DNA of 64,000 nt from an uncultured Gemmatimonadota bacterium (GCA_964345885.1 CAYFSW010000147.1:235-64234), one strand, 5' to 3'; positions 28,573 through 38,781 are shown, counted from the stretch's first letter. Notes: a model not told the origin generated them from the letters alone. Numbers and translations: made by a program.

Positions 28573-30846
28573 ATGAGACCACTCCAAAGGCTGGCAGCCT
28601 GGCTGGATGTCCGACCCAACGAGGTTCGGAACGTCACGCTCTCGTTCCTCGGTGCCTTTTTCGCGATGGCCTTCCTGGTCCTGGCTCGTTCGCTACGCGA
28701 GGCGTTCTACCTGGCCGCCTTCCGGATTGAGACACTGCCCTACATCACCGGCGCCGTGGCGATCCTCAGCATCCCGACAGTGGGCACGTTCGGGCGGCTG
28801 CTGACGAAGTACTCGCCCAAGAGAGTCCTGGTCGCGCTGCTCTTTGTGTTGGCTGGCGGGCTTCTGGCACTCGCACCGTTCAGGGAGGGCGGACTGTTCG
28901 CGGACTACCGCAACGTCGGCATCATCACATTCTATCTTTGGACGGCCCTTGGCACTCTCCTGCTGACCTCCGGATTCTGGGTCGTGACCTCGGAGTACTT
29001 CGCTGTTCGCGGAGCGAAACGCCTGTTCGGCCTGATCGGGGCCGGGGGCACCGCCGGCGCTATGGTGCTCGGGACGATGTTGGTCTGGCTCACCGAATAC
29101 CTCAGTGGCGCACAGCTGATCCTAGGATTGATCGGGCTTCTCATTCTGTTCTTCGTCACTCAGCAGCTTCTCCCCGCGGTGCCCGCTGCCGGCTTGGCCG
29201 CAGGTGAGGAGAAGAGTTCGTTCATCGAGGCCTTCACGGTTGCATGGCGATCACCGCACATGCGGACGATCGGACTGATCGTGTTCGTCGTCGCGCTAGC
29301 GACGACACTGCTCGATTTCCAGTTCAAGGAGCTGGCCCAGGCGAGCTTCACTACCAGGGATGCCCTGACCAGCTTTTTCGGAGCATTCTACGGCTGGACG
29401 GGCGCCGTTGCCCTGGTTTTGCAGCTCCTGATCGTCGCTCGCTTCTTGACCTGGGCAGGAGTCGCGTGGTCGCTGGCATTGCTGCCCATCGTTCTGGGCC
29501 TCGGGTCGGTCGGTTTGCTAGTCTTCCCGAGTCTCGTGCTGGTAACGGCCGTCCGGGGCGCCGACGCCACGCTCCGCAAGTCGATGTATCGCTCAGCGCT
29601 GGAGGTGCTTTACGTCCCGGTACCCTCACTGCTGCGCCGCAAGACGAAGACATTTGTCGACTCGGTGGTCGACTCCATAGGTGAAGGTCTCGGTGCCGCG
29701 TTGGTCTTCCTATGGGTCACGGCACTGGCGCTGCCGTCGCGCTTCCTATCACTGTTCATCATAGCCGCGTCGCTCGGCCTAATCGCGCTCAGCCGGCGGA
29801 TGGGCAGGCAATACTTCGCCACCGTTTCCGAACAGTTGCAAGTAAGCGGGGAACGGGCGGAGGTGGCCGCAATCGGCGCGCGCCTCGACAGTAGAGATCT
29901 GCTTAGCGGCACGTTCACACGAATCGATATCCGATCGCTGATTGACGAGGCCGGCATGTCGCTTCCCGCTGAGGCAGTACCCGACGAAGCCGCCGAGCAA
30001 GACGAACCGGACGCCGATCTCACCCTCGCACGGCTGAGCTCGGCGGACGTGGCAGTCGTGGCGCGCACGCTAGACCAAACGAGCGAGTGGCACGAGGGCC
30101 ACCTGCCGATGCTCTGTCGTCTGCTGGCCCGGGACCCGCTGGTCGACCGGGCCGTAGGTGCTCTAATGGCCGCGGGCGACCCCGCGATACCCTACCTGGC
30201 CGAACTGCTGACCGACGACGCTACAGACTTCGTCATCCGACGCAGGATACCACGGGTGCTGGCCCGCATGGGTGGCACACAGGCCGAGGACGCGCTGCTC
30301 GATGCCCTCGCCGCAAACCGATTCGAGGTGCGTTACAGGGCGGCGATCGCGCTGACACACCGCCGTGAGCACGGACACCCGAGGTCCGAGCGAGACGAAG
30401 ACTCGATCATCTGGGCGGCAATCCGTTCCGAGTTGGGCAGGAGCCAGCCGGTCTGGGAGATGCAGAAACTTCTGGACGAGGAGCCCGATGACGGGCTCGT
30501 TGTCAAGCGCGTGGGAGTGCGGGGCGAGCTGAGTCTCGAGCACACCTTCCGCCTCCTGGCCCTCGTCCTGGAACCCGAGGCGGTGCGGGCTGCGTTAAAT
30601 GGTGTTGTACTGTCCGACGAGAGACTGAAGAGCTTTGCACTGGAGTACCTAGAACACGTACTGCCGGCCGACGTTCGCACAAAGCTCTGGCCATTCATCG
30701 GTGACGTGAGCGAGTACAAGCGGGCAAAGTTACTGCGGCCGATCGATGACGTGGTCACCGACCTAATGAACACCGGAGCGACACTCTTTGGCGACGAACA
30801 AGACCGCGCGGCGCTCAAGCGCATGCTGGAAGAGCAAGAAGATTGA
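28573..30846 (+). CDS. Npt1/Npt2 (TLC ATP/ADP translocase-like) MFS transporter with C-terminal HEAT repeats
   Basis: About 12 TM segments; FW..F...AKRLFGLIGAGG and EVLYVPV...RRKTKTFVD motifs; helical HEAT-like repeats (VRYRAAIAL). Confidence 0.8.
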   Translation: MRPLQRLAAWLDVRPNEVRNVTLSFLGAFFAMAFLVLARSLREAFYLAAFRIETLPYITGAVAILSIPTVGTFGRLLTKYSPKRVLVALLFVLAGGLLALAPFREGGLFADYRNVGIITFYLWTALGTLLLTSGFWVVTSEYFAVRGAKRLFGLIGAGGTAGAMVLGTMLVWLTEYLSGAQLILGLIGLLILFFVTQQLLPAVPAAGLAAGEEKSSFIEAFTVAWRSPHMRTIGLIVFVVALATTLLDFQFKELAQASFTTRDALTSFFGAFYGWTGAVALVLQLLIVARFLTWAGVAWSLALLPIVLGLGSVGLLVFPSLVLVTAVRGADATLRKSMYRSALEVLYVPVPSLLRRKTKTFVDSVVDSIGEGLGAALVFLWVTALALPSRFLSLFIIAASLGLIALSRRMGRQYFATVSEQLQVSGERAEVAAIGARLDSRDLLSGTFTRIDIRSLIDEAGMSLPAEAVPDEAAEQDEPDADLTLARLSSADVAVVARTLDQTSEWHEGHLPMLCRLLARDPLVDRAVGALMAAGDPAIPYLAELLTDDATDFVIRRRIPRVLARMGGTQAEDALLDALAANRFEVRYRAAIALTHRREHGHPRSERDEDSIIWAAIRSELGRSQPVWEMQKLLDEEPDDGLVVKRVGVRGELSLEHTFRLLALVLEPEAVRAALNGVVLSDERLKSFALEYLEHVLPADVRTKLWPFIGDVSEYKRAKLLRPIDDVVTDLMNTGATLFGDEQDRAALKRMLEEQED

Positions 30847-32159
30847 ACAGTCAGCGAGGGTCGAACTGTAACTCGGCGATCGTCACGATTCTCGTGCTCG
30901 GGATTCTCCTCCAGGCGTCGCCGCTACGAGCCCAAGAAGGCGACAATGGACGTGTCTCACCCGACAGCGCCGATGCGATCCGCGCTTCGCTCGAGCGGCC
31001 GCCTAGCAAGCCGCCGTACGACGCGATCGATGTCGTGGCCCTGCCATTCAGGATCGTTGCCTTCCCGATTCGCCTGCTGTCCGCCGGTAACGCCAAGCTG
31101 GTCGGCTTCGCCGCACGGTTGCTGCAACCGCGCGAATACTCGACGCTGCAGAAGATCGTCGACGCCGGATTCCGTCCTTACTTTGGGACGATCGGCCAGC
31201 GTAGCGGCATCGCCGCCGGTCTGCGGGTCGAGCGCTGGAACCCCTTCTTCGTCGAGGGTTCCTACTCGATACGCGGCTCGCAGCGGTACATCGTCGGTTT
31301 GGACCTCAACCATCAGACGCGTCGGCTCGAGGTAAGCTACCGATTCCAGCGGGACGCCGAGGCACGCTACTGGGGAATCGGCCCCGAAACCGACTATTAC
31401 GATCGGGTCGACTACAGTTGGGACCACCAGGCAGTCTCGGCGGTCGGAACGTTACGGCTGTCATCAGTGACCTTGATCGGTGGCGTGAGCTACCAGGACA
31501 ACCTGGTCGGCCGTGGCTCCGACGGCAGGCTGAGCGACATACAGGATCTCCCCGAAGAGGACCTACCCTACGGCGCCAACGAGCAGACCGAGTACATCAT
31601 CTTCAATCTCACCAGCTCGTTCGACCGCACTTTCAACAGAGCCGATTTTCAAGCCCGCGGCATCTCCCTGCAGGCGGGCTCGAGTCTCTACCTAGGGACG
31701 GGCGGAACCGATTCCGACTTTCTGAGCATCAGCGGCGATGTTTTTGGCTATGTGCCGGTCAACATCCGCCAGCAGTTCGCCATCAGGGGGCTAATCGAGA
31801 TCAAGCGCGGTTGGGGGGAGGGTGTACCGTTCACGCACCTGGCACTCTTGGGAGATGAACGAGGCTCGCGCGCCTACTCGCACGGCCGCTACCGCGACCG
31901 TGACATGCTGGCCGTGATGACCGAGTGGCGATACGAGGTCTGGCGCGAGCTGCACGAGCGGGGACGGGTGGAGAGCTTCCTCTTCCTGGATACCGGGACG
32001 GTGGACCGGCACCTGCGCAACATGCGTCTAGCCAATCTCCGGTGGAGCAGCGGCTTCGGGTTCCGCGTCGTCTGGTCCGGACAGGTGCGCTGGTTGGTCC
32101 ATCTGGGCTGGGGCCGAGACGGCGCACGATTCGACGCGAACTTCAACTGGGCATTCTGA
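30843..32159 (+). CDS. Omp85 (BamA/TamA)-family outer-membrane barrel protein
   Basis: Signal peptide, LGDERGSRAYSHGRYRD (variant of RGY motif), EWRY, FLDTG, GFGFR, C-terminal Phe. Confidence 0.78.
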   Translation: MNSQRGSNCNSAIVTILVLGILLQASPLRAQEGDNGRVSPDSADAIRASLERPPSKPPYDAIDVVALPFRIVAFPIRLLSAGNAKLVGFAARLLQPREYSTLQKIVDAGFRPYFGTIGQRSGIAAGLRVERWNPFFVEGSYSIRGSQRYIVGLDLNHQTRRLEVSYRFQRDAEARYWGIGPETDYYDRVDYSWDHQAVSAVGTLRLSSVTLIGGVSYQDNLVGRGSDGRLSDIQDLPEEDLPYGANEQTEYIIFNLTSSFDRTFNRADFQARGISLQAGSSLYLGTGGTDSDFLSISGDVFGYVPVNIRQQFAIRGLIEIKRGWGEGVPFTHLALLGDERGSRAYSHGRYRDRDMLAVMTEWRYEVWRELHERGRVESFLFLDTGTVDRHLRNMRLANLRWSSGFGFRVVWSGQVRWLVHLGWGRDGARFDANFNWAF

Positions 32160-33838
32160 TGGCTACGGTCGGGCGAGGACTGCTGGTGGTTGGCACACTC
32201 GCCGCAGCGGCGGGCTGCGGATCGTTGGCAGCAGTTCCCAGCCGGTTGGAGCCCATCCCCTACGCCGACACGCTGCCCAGCGAGCGGCCGGCGGCAATGG
32301 GAACGTCCGAACTCGAGCGTCTGCTCGACGTGTCAGTGAGCGGCGAAATCGGCCACGCGCTCAGCGTCCGCAGGTTGCTGGGAGCCGAGCACGAAGCGTT
32401 GAACATCACCCGTTTTGACGACGTCGTGAACTCGGCCTGGTTCGAGCACCGCAACGGGCGCCGGCACATGTCGCCGGAGGAGGTTGCCCGCGGGCCGACC
32501 AGCACAGGTCCCGACACCAGCAACACTCTGACGGTCATCGGGGGTAAGACCGCCGGCATCTCGCCGGGGTTCACTGTACGCGACGCGCGGGGTGACACCT
32601 TCCTGTTCAAGTTCGATCCGAAGGGGAACCTCCAGCTTGCCAGTGCCGCCGGCGTTATCTCTTCGCGACTGTTCTGGGCAGCCGGCTATCACACGCCCGA
32701 GGACGTCATCGTGGTCTTCGATGCCGCGCGGCTGCAGTTGGACCCAGATGCCGAAATCGAGACGAAGTCCGTCGAGCGGCCGATGACCGCGGAAGATATC
32801 TACCTGGTCCTCGACGGCACGGACAAGCTCCCCGACGGCCGCTACCTCGCTCTGGCCAGCAAGTACGTACCCGGAAGACCGCTCGGGCCGTTTCTATTTT
32901 CGGGCGTGCGTTCGGACGACCCGAACGACTGGTACCGGCACGAGTACCGGCGCGAGCTGCGTGGCCTGTACGTCATCTCGTCGTGGCTGAACCACGTCGA
33001 CATGCGGTTCGCCAACACTTTGGACGTATTCATCGATCCGCCCGGATACGTGCGTCATTACCTAATCGACTTCGCGGCGACCCTGGGCAGCGGGACGATA
33101 CGCTCGCACAAACCCCGCGAAGGCACCGAGTACAACTTCGACATCTGGGCAACCCTCGGCCGCGTTTTCACTTTCGGCTTCCTGGAGGTGGGCTGGGAAG
33201 AGCATCAACCTGAGGAGATTCACCCGACACTCGGCTGGTTGCCGGTCGATAGCTTCGATCCTGGCAAATGGAAGCCGAACTGGCCGAACGAGGCATTCAA
33301 CAAGCGCACGCCCCGGGACGGTTATTGGGGCGCGAAGCTCGTCAGCTCGTTCGACGACGAGCAGATCGCGGCCGCCGTTGGGGCAGGCCGGCTCCCCGAG
33401 GAGGCGGCGCAAGCGCTAACCGACATCTTGATCCGGCGGCGCGACATGGTCGTATCGCACTGGTACGCGCAGGTGACGCCGATCGAGAACGTCGAGACGA
33501 CGCTGAACCTCGACGCCGACCCGGCACGGCTCGAATTGTCTTTCGATGACCTGGGCCTCAACGCCGGGGTATGGGGGCCAGGAGAGACACGTTACATCTG
33601 GCGCTTCGCTGACCCGGCAACCGGCACCCGCAGCAGAGGCGATGGGTTCGCCGACTCTGGGGACCGTCAGGTCATAAACCTCGACTTGCGGCGGCGTCCC
33701 GGCGACGCGCCCAGCGCAGAGGAGGATTTCGCAATACTCCGTATCGTGGCGAGCCGGGAAGGTGTGACCAACCGCGCGGCGACCGTCTACTTGCGCTGGG
33801 ACGGTCGCGAGTACCGAGTCGTCGGGCTCGAACACTGA
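32159..33838 (+). CDS. Lipoprotein with atypical kinase-like motifs
   Basis: Start ATG 32159 overlaps the upstream stop; lipobox AAGC; GGKTAGISPGF..FLFKFD, WLNHVDMRFAN, YLIDFAATLG. Confidence 0.7.
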   Translation: MATVGRGLLVVGTLAAAAGCGSLAAVPSRLEPIPYADTLPSERPAAMGTSELERLLDVSVSGEIGHALSVRRLLGAEHEALNITRFDDVVNSAWFEHRNGRRHMSPEEVARGPTSTGPDTSNTLTVIGGKTAGISPGFTVRDARGDTFLFKFDPKGNLQLASAAGVISSRLFWAAGYHTPEDVIVVFDAARLQLDPDAEIETKSVERPMTAEDIYLVLDGTDKLPDGRYLALASKYVPGRPLGPFLFSGVRSDDPNDWYRHEYRRELRGLYVISSWLNHVDMRFANTLDVFIDPPGYVRHYLIDFAATLGSGTIRSHKPREGTEYNFDIWATLGRVFTFGFLEVGWEEHQPEEIHPTLGWLPVDSFDPGKWKPNWPNEAFNKRTPRDGYWGAKLVSSFDDEQIAAAVGAGRLPEEAAQALTDILIRRRDMVVSHWYAQVTPIENVETTLNLDADPARLELSFDDLGLNAGVWGPGETRYIWRFADPATGTRSRGDGFADSGDRQVINLDLRRRPGDAPSAEEDFAILRIVASREGVTNRAATVYLRWDGREYRVVGLEH

Positions 33839-33988
33839 GGTCGGTGCGTCGAAGCCTTGCCGCCCAGGTCGCCTGCAGGACCGCCGGCGGTCCACCTTGG
33901 ACCTCGCTTTATGTCGCGCGCCTCGACTGCAGGCACGGTCCCTACCGCGGGCAGGGCGGCTGCGGCTTCCTGAGCGCCTACAACCGAA

Positions 33989-34810
33989 CTAGGCGAACAG
34001 GCGACGCACCCCGGAGACCCTGTCAGCCAGCGAGCGCTGTAGGTCCGAGCCAGCGGCGAGGTCATCGGGCGCGACCTGACCGTTGGGCTCCGCGGCGTGG
34101 AGTATCTCGGCGCCGCCGAGCGACAACGCGACATGGACGACTCGGTCGGAGTCGCGACCGTGGAAGAAAAGTAGGTCGCCGGGGTTACATGCCTCGAGAC
34201 CGGGACCGGCCTCGACCGGACCGCCGATCTCCGCCTGCTGGTAGCTATCGCGCGGTAGCAAGAACCCGTGCAGCCGGTAGACCGCCTGGACGAAGCCGGA
34301 GCAGTCGGTCCCCCAGCGAGTGCGGCCGCCCCAGAGGTATGGGACGCCCAGCCACTCCCAGCCCGTCGCCACTACGGCCAGCGCATCGGCCGGGAAACCG
34401 TGTGCCCGCTCGCTCCAATCGACCAAACGCCCCTCGAGCAGGCGCCCCTCACGTCCGTCCGGCAGGCGCACCAGTCCATCGACCACGGCGACCCGGGCGC
34501 CCCAAGGGAGCCGCGCGATGACGCGACCGGCCTGGTCGGCCAGCGTCGCGTCGAGCGCCACGGCCGGGCGGCCGCCGGCATCGTCCCACCAGGCCTCCGC
34601 CTTCTCGGCCGGACAGAAGATGAGCCCACCCTCCTGCACCCAACCCTCGTAGCCGTCTTCACCGGTAACGCGGGCCCATTCGCCGCTCCGTTCTATCACC
34701 TGCAGGACCGCGCCCAACAGCTCCTGCGATACCTGCTCGGCCCGCACATCGGGCTGTGCCCTTACGGGTGCGAGTGCCGCCCGTATCAGCGCGTGTTCTG
34801 TTTCGGCCAT
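33989..34810 (-). CDS. NlpC/P60 (C40) peptidase with SH3-like domain
   Basis: LGVPYLWGG..DCSGFVQ..LPRDS..PGDLLFF..HV..H. Confidence 0.92.
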   Translation of the reverse strand: MAETEHALIRAALAPVRAQPDVRAEQVSQELLGAVLQVIERSGEWARVTGEDGYEGWVQEGGLIFCPAEKAEAWWDDAGGRPAVALDATLADQAGRVIARLPWGARVAVVDGLVRLPDGREGRLLEGRLVDWSERAHGFPADALAVVATGWEWLGVPYLWGGRTRWGTDCSGFVQAVYRLHGFLLPRDSYQQAEIGGPVEAGPGLEACNPGDLLFFHGRDSDRVVHVALSLGGAEILHAAEPNGQVAPDDLAAGSDLQRSLADRVSGVRRLFA

Positions 34811-34882
34811 GCGCGGTGGCTCCTTGGAGTAGTTGGCGCTTGTGTTCTGGCGGCGGCCCGGTAGCTTCCCTGCCGCCGACCG

Positions 34883-35854
34883 GTGACCAGACGCGACAAC
34901 AATATCAGGGCGTCAGTGACGAAACGACAGCTCGACCAGTCGACCTCCTCGCACGGGCTGACCTACATCGCCCTAGCGGTCCTCATCTTCATCTGGGCCG
35001 CCAACTTCTCGGTGGTCAAGTACGCGCTGCGTGACATGACGCCGCTGGCGTTCAACGGCCTGCGCTTCACACTGGCGTCGATCCTCCTGTGGATGATTGT
35101 GAAGGTCGGTGGCCGATCGATGGCGATGGACCGGCGCTACTGGCCGGCGCTGATCGGACTCAGCCTGCTCGGCAACACCATCTATCAGGTGCTTTTCATC
35201 TACGGCATCGATTGGACGCTGGCAGGAAACGCAAGCCTCATGTTGGCCGCCACGCCGATCTTCACCACATTGCTCTCCATCGCCTTTCGACAAGAGCGCG
35301 TCGGCTGGATGGCGTGGACGGGCGTGGTCATCTCGGTGGTCGGCATCGGACTCGTCGTCTGGGGCGGCGCGCAGGCGGTGAGCTTCGCTGCCGACACGGT
35401 GCGCGGCGACCTCACCGTACTCGCCGCTGCCGCCGCCTGGTCGGGCTACACCGTCGGCTCGAACCCGCTCGTCCGCCGCTACGGCGCGCTGCCCGTGACC
35501 GCGGTCACGATGTGGATCGGTGGCCTCGCCCTACTCATAGTGTCGGTGCCGTCGTTCCTGGCGCAGGATTGGACTGCGGTGCGCCCGGTTTCCTGGTTGG
35601 CACTCTTGTTCAGCGGCGCCTTCGCCATCGCGCTCGCCTATTTCATCTGGTACTACAGCATCCGCCAGATCGGTAACACCCGCACCGCCGTCTACTCGAA
35701 CTTCATACCGGTAGTGGCACTGTTCATCGCCTGGCTGATGCTGTCCGAGACGCCCACCTGGCTGCAGTTGCTAGGCGCGGCGGCGGTCGTCGGCGGGACG
35801 ATCCTGGTTCGCCTGGGAAGGATCGAGCGGTCAGTGGTGGCGCCGGCAGAGTGA
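34883..35854 (+). CDS. DMT/EamA family transporter
   Basis: IWAANFSVVK..PLAFNGLRF..GDL; about ten TM segments; start uncertain. Confidence 0.9.
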   Translation: MTRRDNNIRASVTKRQLDQSTSSHGLTYIALAVLIFIWAANFSVVKYALRDMTPLAFNGLRFTLASILLWMIVKVGGRSMAMDRRYWPALIGLSLLGNTIYQVLFIYGIDWTLAGNASLMLAATPIFTTLLSIAFRQERVGWMAWTGVVISVVGIGLVVWGGAQAVSFAADTVRGDLTVLAAAAAWSGYTVGSNPLVRRYGALPVTAVTMWIGGLALLIVSVPSFLAQDWTAVRPVSWLALLFSGAFAIALAYFIWYYSIRQIGNTRTAVYSNFIPVVALFIAWLMLSETPTWLQLLGAAAVVGGTILVRLGRIERSVVAPAE

Positions 35855-35859
35855 GCTTA

Positions 35860-35971
35860 GGTCGGAGGCGGCAGGACCACTCGCTCCGGGCTCGCGCCAC
35901 GTCTTGAGGACACTCCAGCAAACCGTGGTGAGCTCGCGACCTCCGCGAGCTGGTCCTGCCGGCCTCCTCCC
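35860..35971 (-). repeat. ~110-bp palindromic repeat, intergenic copy (reverse)
   Basis: GGTCGGAGGCGGCAGGACCACTCGCTCCGGGCTCGCGCCAC...GTGGTGAGCTCGCGACCTCCGCGAG...CCTCCTCCC. Confidence 0.85.
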
Positions 35972-36126
35972 TCTCTGCTCCCGTGTGCGACTCACTCGAC
36001 GTGGTCCTTTCGCTCCTCACCGATCACACACCGAGCGCGCGCCACGACTCGCTCCAGCCCAGGCACCTTGGACACGCTACAGTAGCGGAGGGGGCATCTC
36101 GACGAGCTGTGCGCGGGCTACGGACA

Positions 36127-36237
36127 GGGAGGAGGTGGGAGAACCACCTCGCGGAGGTCGCGAACACACCACTCAAGGAGAGGCCGCTCGCCACAGGTGG
36201 CGTGAGCCCGAAGCGAGTGGTTCTCCCACCTCCGACC
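36127..36237 (+). repeat. ~110-bp palindromic repeat, intergenic copy
   Basis: GGGAGGAGGTGGGAGAACCACCTCGCGGAGGTCGCG...GGTGGCGTGAGCCCGAAGCGAGTGGTTCTCCCACCTCCGACC. Confidence 0.85.
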
Positions 36238-36259
36238 GGCCGGCGGCGCCTATAGACCT

Positions 36260-37687
36260 CTAAGGGGCCTCGAGATCGACGAAGCGAACCAGGTCCATGA
36301 ACTGGAAGCGACCGTCGTGGTGCCAGTGAGGCGCCGGCCACGCCGCCTCCCCTACCGGCACCACACGCGTCGCCCCGATCGCACCGAGTCGCGCCGCAAG
36401 CAACCTCACCTCGTCTCCTTCACCGGCCACCGCCACGGTTTGCAGATGAGCGCCCACCTTGTGCAGCGCCGAGACGGCGTCCGACAGGTCGTCGACGGAA
36501 CAGACGCGGACCACCCGATTGAGCGGTGACGGCTCGAATTCGGCGCTCTCTTCCACGATCACGGTCCACTCGGTGCCGCGCGCGCCAGCGAAGATTGTCG
36601 CGCCGCGTATCTCAGCGTGCGCGCGCAGCTGATGGATAAGCGCCGACTCACCGGGCGACATCGCGCCGCGCGGGATCTCTCGCGAGAGCTCTTCCAGCGC
36701 GTCGCCGAGGTGACGGGCGAAGTCGAGCGGACCCACGGCTCCACCGGCCTCAGCGTAGATCGTGTGCGGTGAGACGCAACCCTGCTGATCGAAGGTGGCC
36801 ACATCGAGCGCCGCGCCCCGCGCGAGCTCGCGTGCGCGCTTCGTCGTCAAAGCTCGGCGTGTCACCAGTGCCACTCCCACTCGGTTCGGATAGCCGATAA
36901 AGCGGGTGGCAGCCGGGACACGGCACCCCACATCGCTGATCGTCTCGTCGCTACCGTAGGCGATGACCGCGCTGGCCTCGGTGAACGCCACCGCCTCCAG
37001 GTCCTCCGTCCCACCCGGCCAGTAGCTCACGGCCAGACAGCCTGCGAGCTCGGCGTCCTCCTCGGCCAGCGCCCGGGCGAAACAGACAGCCAGGTACGGC
37101 TCGCCGGCCGCCGTCTTGCCGAAGCTCGCCGACTTCACGCAAAGCGCTCGGACCAAGCTGCTGACCGATATGCCGGGTATGTTGCCGCTGAAGACGTGCA
37201 CGGTGAGTGGTGGGCCGAAGGCGCGCTGGAAGCCGCCGCTCGGGCGCGGCCGAAAGTCGTCGAGCACCTCGAGGCTGCCGAACTCGCCCTCGATCGCCGA
37301 GCGCAGCGCATCGACGTTCCAGCCCGCACCCATCCGCTCTAGTCCGATCTCGATCATGGGCCGCGAGTAGCCGGTGAGCTCAGGCAGCGTATCCAGTAGC
37401 TCCTCGTACAACGGCTCGCCTGGGTTGGTGAGACGCCCGGCAGCCATGCCAATCGAGCCGAGGATCTCGATCACCGGTCGCTCACTGAGTACCGCGTTAC
37501 GCTTCTCCCGCAAGGCCACCAAGAGATCGCGTAGCGTGTGCGGTGAGAAAGTGGGGACGCGCATCGGGACGTGCCCGGGCCCCAAAGCACGCTCCTGGAC
37601 CTCGAGGCCCGTGTCGCCGAATGGGCCGGTCGCCCGATACGAACCCTCCGGCACCCAGTATGCGTCTAGCGTTGCGCGCTCAGCCAT
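36260..37687 (-). CDS. Acyl-CoA reductase, LuxC-like
   Basis: HVFSGNIPG, YWPGG, AYGSDET, FDQQGCVSPH. Confidence 0.85.
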   Translation of the reverse strand: MAERATLDAYWVPEGSYRATGPFGDTGLEVQERALGPGHVPMRVPTFSPHTLRDLLVALREKRNAVLSERPVIEILGSIGMAAGRLTNPGEPLYEELLDTLPELTGYSRPMIEIGLERMGAGWNVDALRSAIEGEFGSLEVLDDFRPRPSGGFQRAFGPPLTVHVFSGNIPGISVSSLVRALCVKSASFGKTAAGEPYLAVCFARALAEEDAELAGCLAVSYWPGGTEDLEAVAFTEASAVIAYGSDETISDVGCRVPAATRFIGYPNRVGVALVTRRALTTKRARELARGAALDVATFDQQGCVSPHTIYAEAGGAVGPLDFARHLGDALEELSREIPRGAMSPGESALIHQLRAHAEIRGATIFAGARGTEWTVIVEESAEFEPSPLNRVVRVCSVDDLSDAVSALHKVGAHLQTVAVAGEGDEVRLLAARLGAIGATRVVPVGEAAWPAPHWHHDGRFQFMDLVRFVDLEAP

Positions 37688-38781
37688 TGGTCCATAGCGA
37701 TGGAACAGCCACGAAGCTCGGCACCTGCCGCACGTCCCATCAGCTCGAACCCCCCGGCGCCGGCGACTCCAAGGTCGTCGGTCTGTATGGCCATCACCGA
37801 ATCGAGATTCGCCAGATCGAGATGCTTCAGCAAGCCGACCCGGCCCTCGGGACCCGGCTCCAGCGCCTCCGCGTCAACGACCTGCGTACGGACCCACGGC
37901 GGCACGACCTTGTGACGCACGAGCGGCGCGCGCCCGCACGCTCGCTCTCGCAAAACGTTGTCATAGAACTGCGAGCACATCTCGGTCATGCCGTATTCGG
38001 CGACACAGTAAAACTCCGAGAGCCCAAGACGCTCGACCAGCATGCCGTACAATTCGTCCCGCGCTAGCTCCCGGCCCAGCCGTTTCGGGCCCCCGGTCTC
38101 CATCGCCCGCGAGCCCGGCGGCAGGCGCACGCGTCGCCCGCGCTTCTCGAGGGCTTCCAGAAGATGAGCAAAAGCCACGGCCGTCCCCAATAGCGCCACC
38201 GGCTTCCCGCCCGACTCACTCGCTGCCAGCGTGTCCTCCAGTTCAGCGACCTGCAAACCGCCTTCATCGACGAAGTGGGAGCTCGAGTTCGCTCCCAGTT
38301 CACGCCTCACCAGCTCCAGCATCCAGGTGAGCGACGAGTCCGGCTCACCCTCAAGCGTGGGACCCAAGATGAGCATCGGTAGATGCGCGTCTTCCGGCAG
38401 CACGTGCGCGCGGAAGTTGGGAAGTGCCGAAGCCTCGTAGAGCTTCAGGTCACGAACGTAGTGGGCACCGCGCTTCTCGGCGCCGGCCGTCGTGCCGCTG
38501 GTCCGGAAGACGATCTCGGCCTCTTCCGCGTCGCCGCAGACGAGCGGCGCCGCCTTGAAGGCCGCCGTGGGAACTGCGGGGATCTCGGTCCAACGGGTCA
38601 CAACATCGGGTGTCCGCCCCCGCCGCTCGCAGTACCGGCGATACGGCTCGTTCTCGGCGAACTGGTACGCGAAGACCTCCAGCGCCAACCGCTCGAAGTC
38701 CCCCTCGGCGGCCGGCGCCCCAACGCCCCGCCCGATGAACTCCAAAACCCCAGCACGGAGTGCATCGTGCGCTTCCATCAT
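37666..38781 (-). CDS. Acyl-protein synthetase, LuxE-like
   Basis: IPAVPTAAFK, FRTSGTT, METGG, EYGMTE, DLAN, QTDDLG, LRGCS. Confidence 0.88.
   Translation of the reverse strand: MMEAHDALRAGVLEFIGRGVGAPAAEGDFERLALEVFAYQFAENEPYRRYCERRGRTPDVVTRWTEIPAVPTAAFKAAPLVCGDAEEAEIVFRTSGTTAGAEKRGAHYVRDLKLYEASALPNFRAHVLPEDAHLPMLILGPTLEGEPDSSLTWMLELVRRELGANSSSHFVDEGGLQVAELEDTLAASESGGKPVALLGTAVAFAHLLEALEKRGRRVRLPPGSRAMETGGPKRLGRELARDELYGMLVERLGLSEFYCVAEYGMTEMCSQFYDNVLRERACGRAPLVRHKVVPPWVRTQVVDAEALEPGPEGRVGLLKHLDLANLDSVMAIQTDDLGVAGAGGFELMGRAAGAELRGCSIAMDQWLSAQR

Noticed and set aside
31925..32158. N-terminal extension of the 637-aa ORF
   Set aside because: Overlaps the Omp85 gene; the lipoprotein signal begins at ATG 32159.
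36260..38781. Bioluminescence operon
   Set aside because: No luciferase genes in the window.
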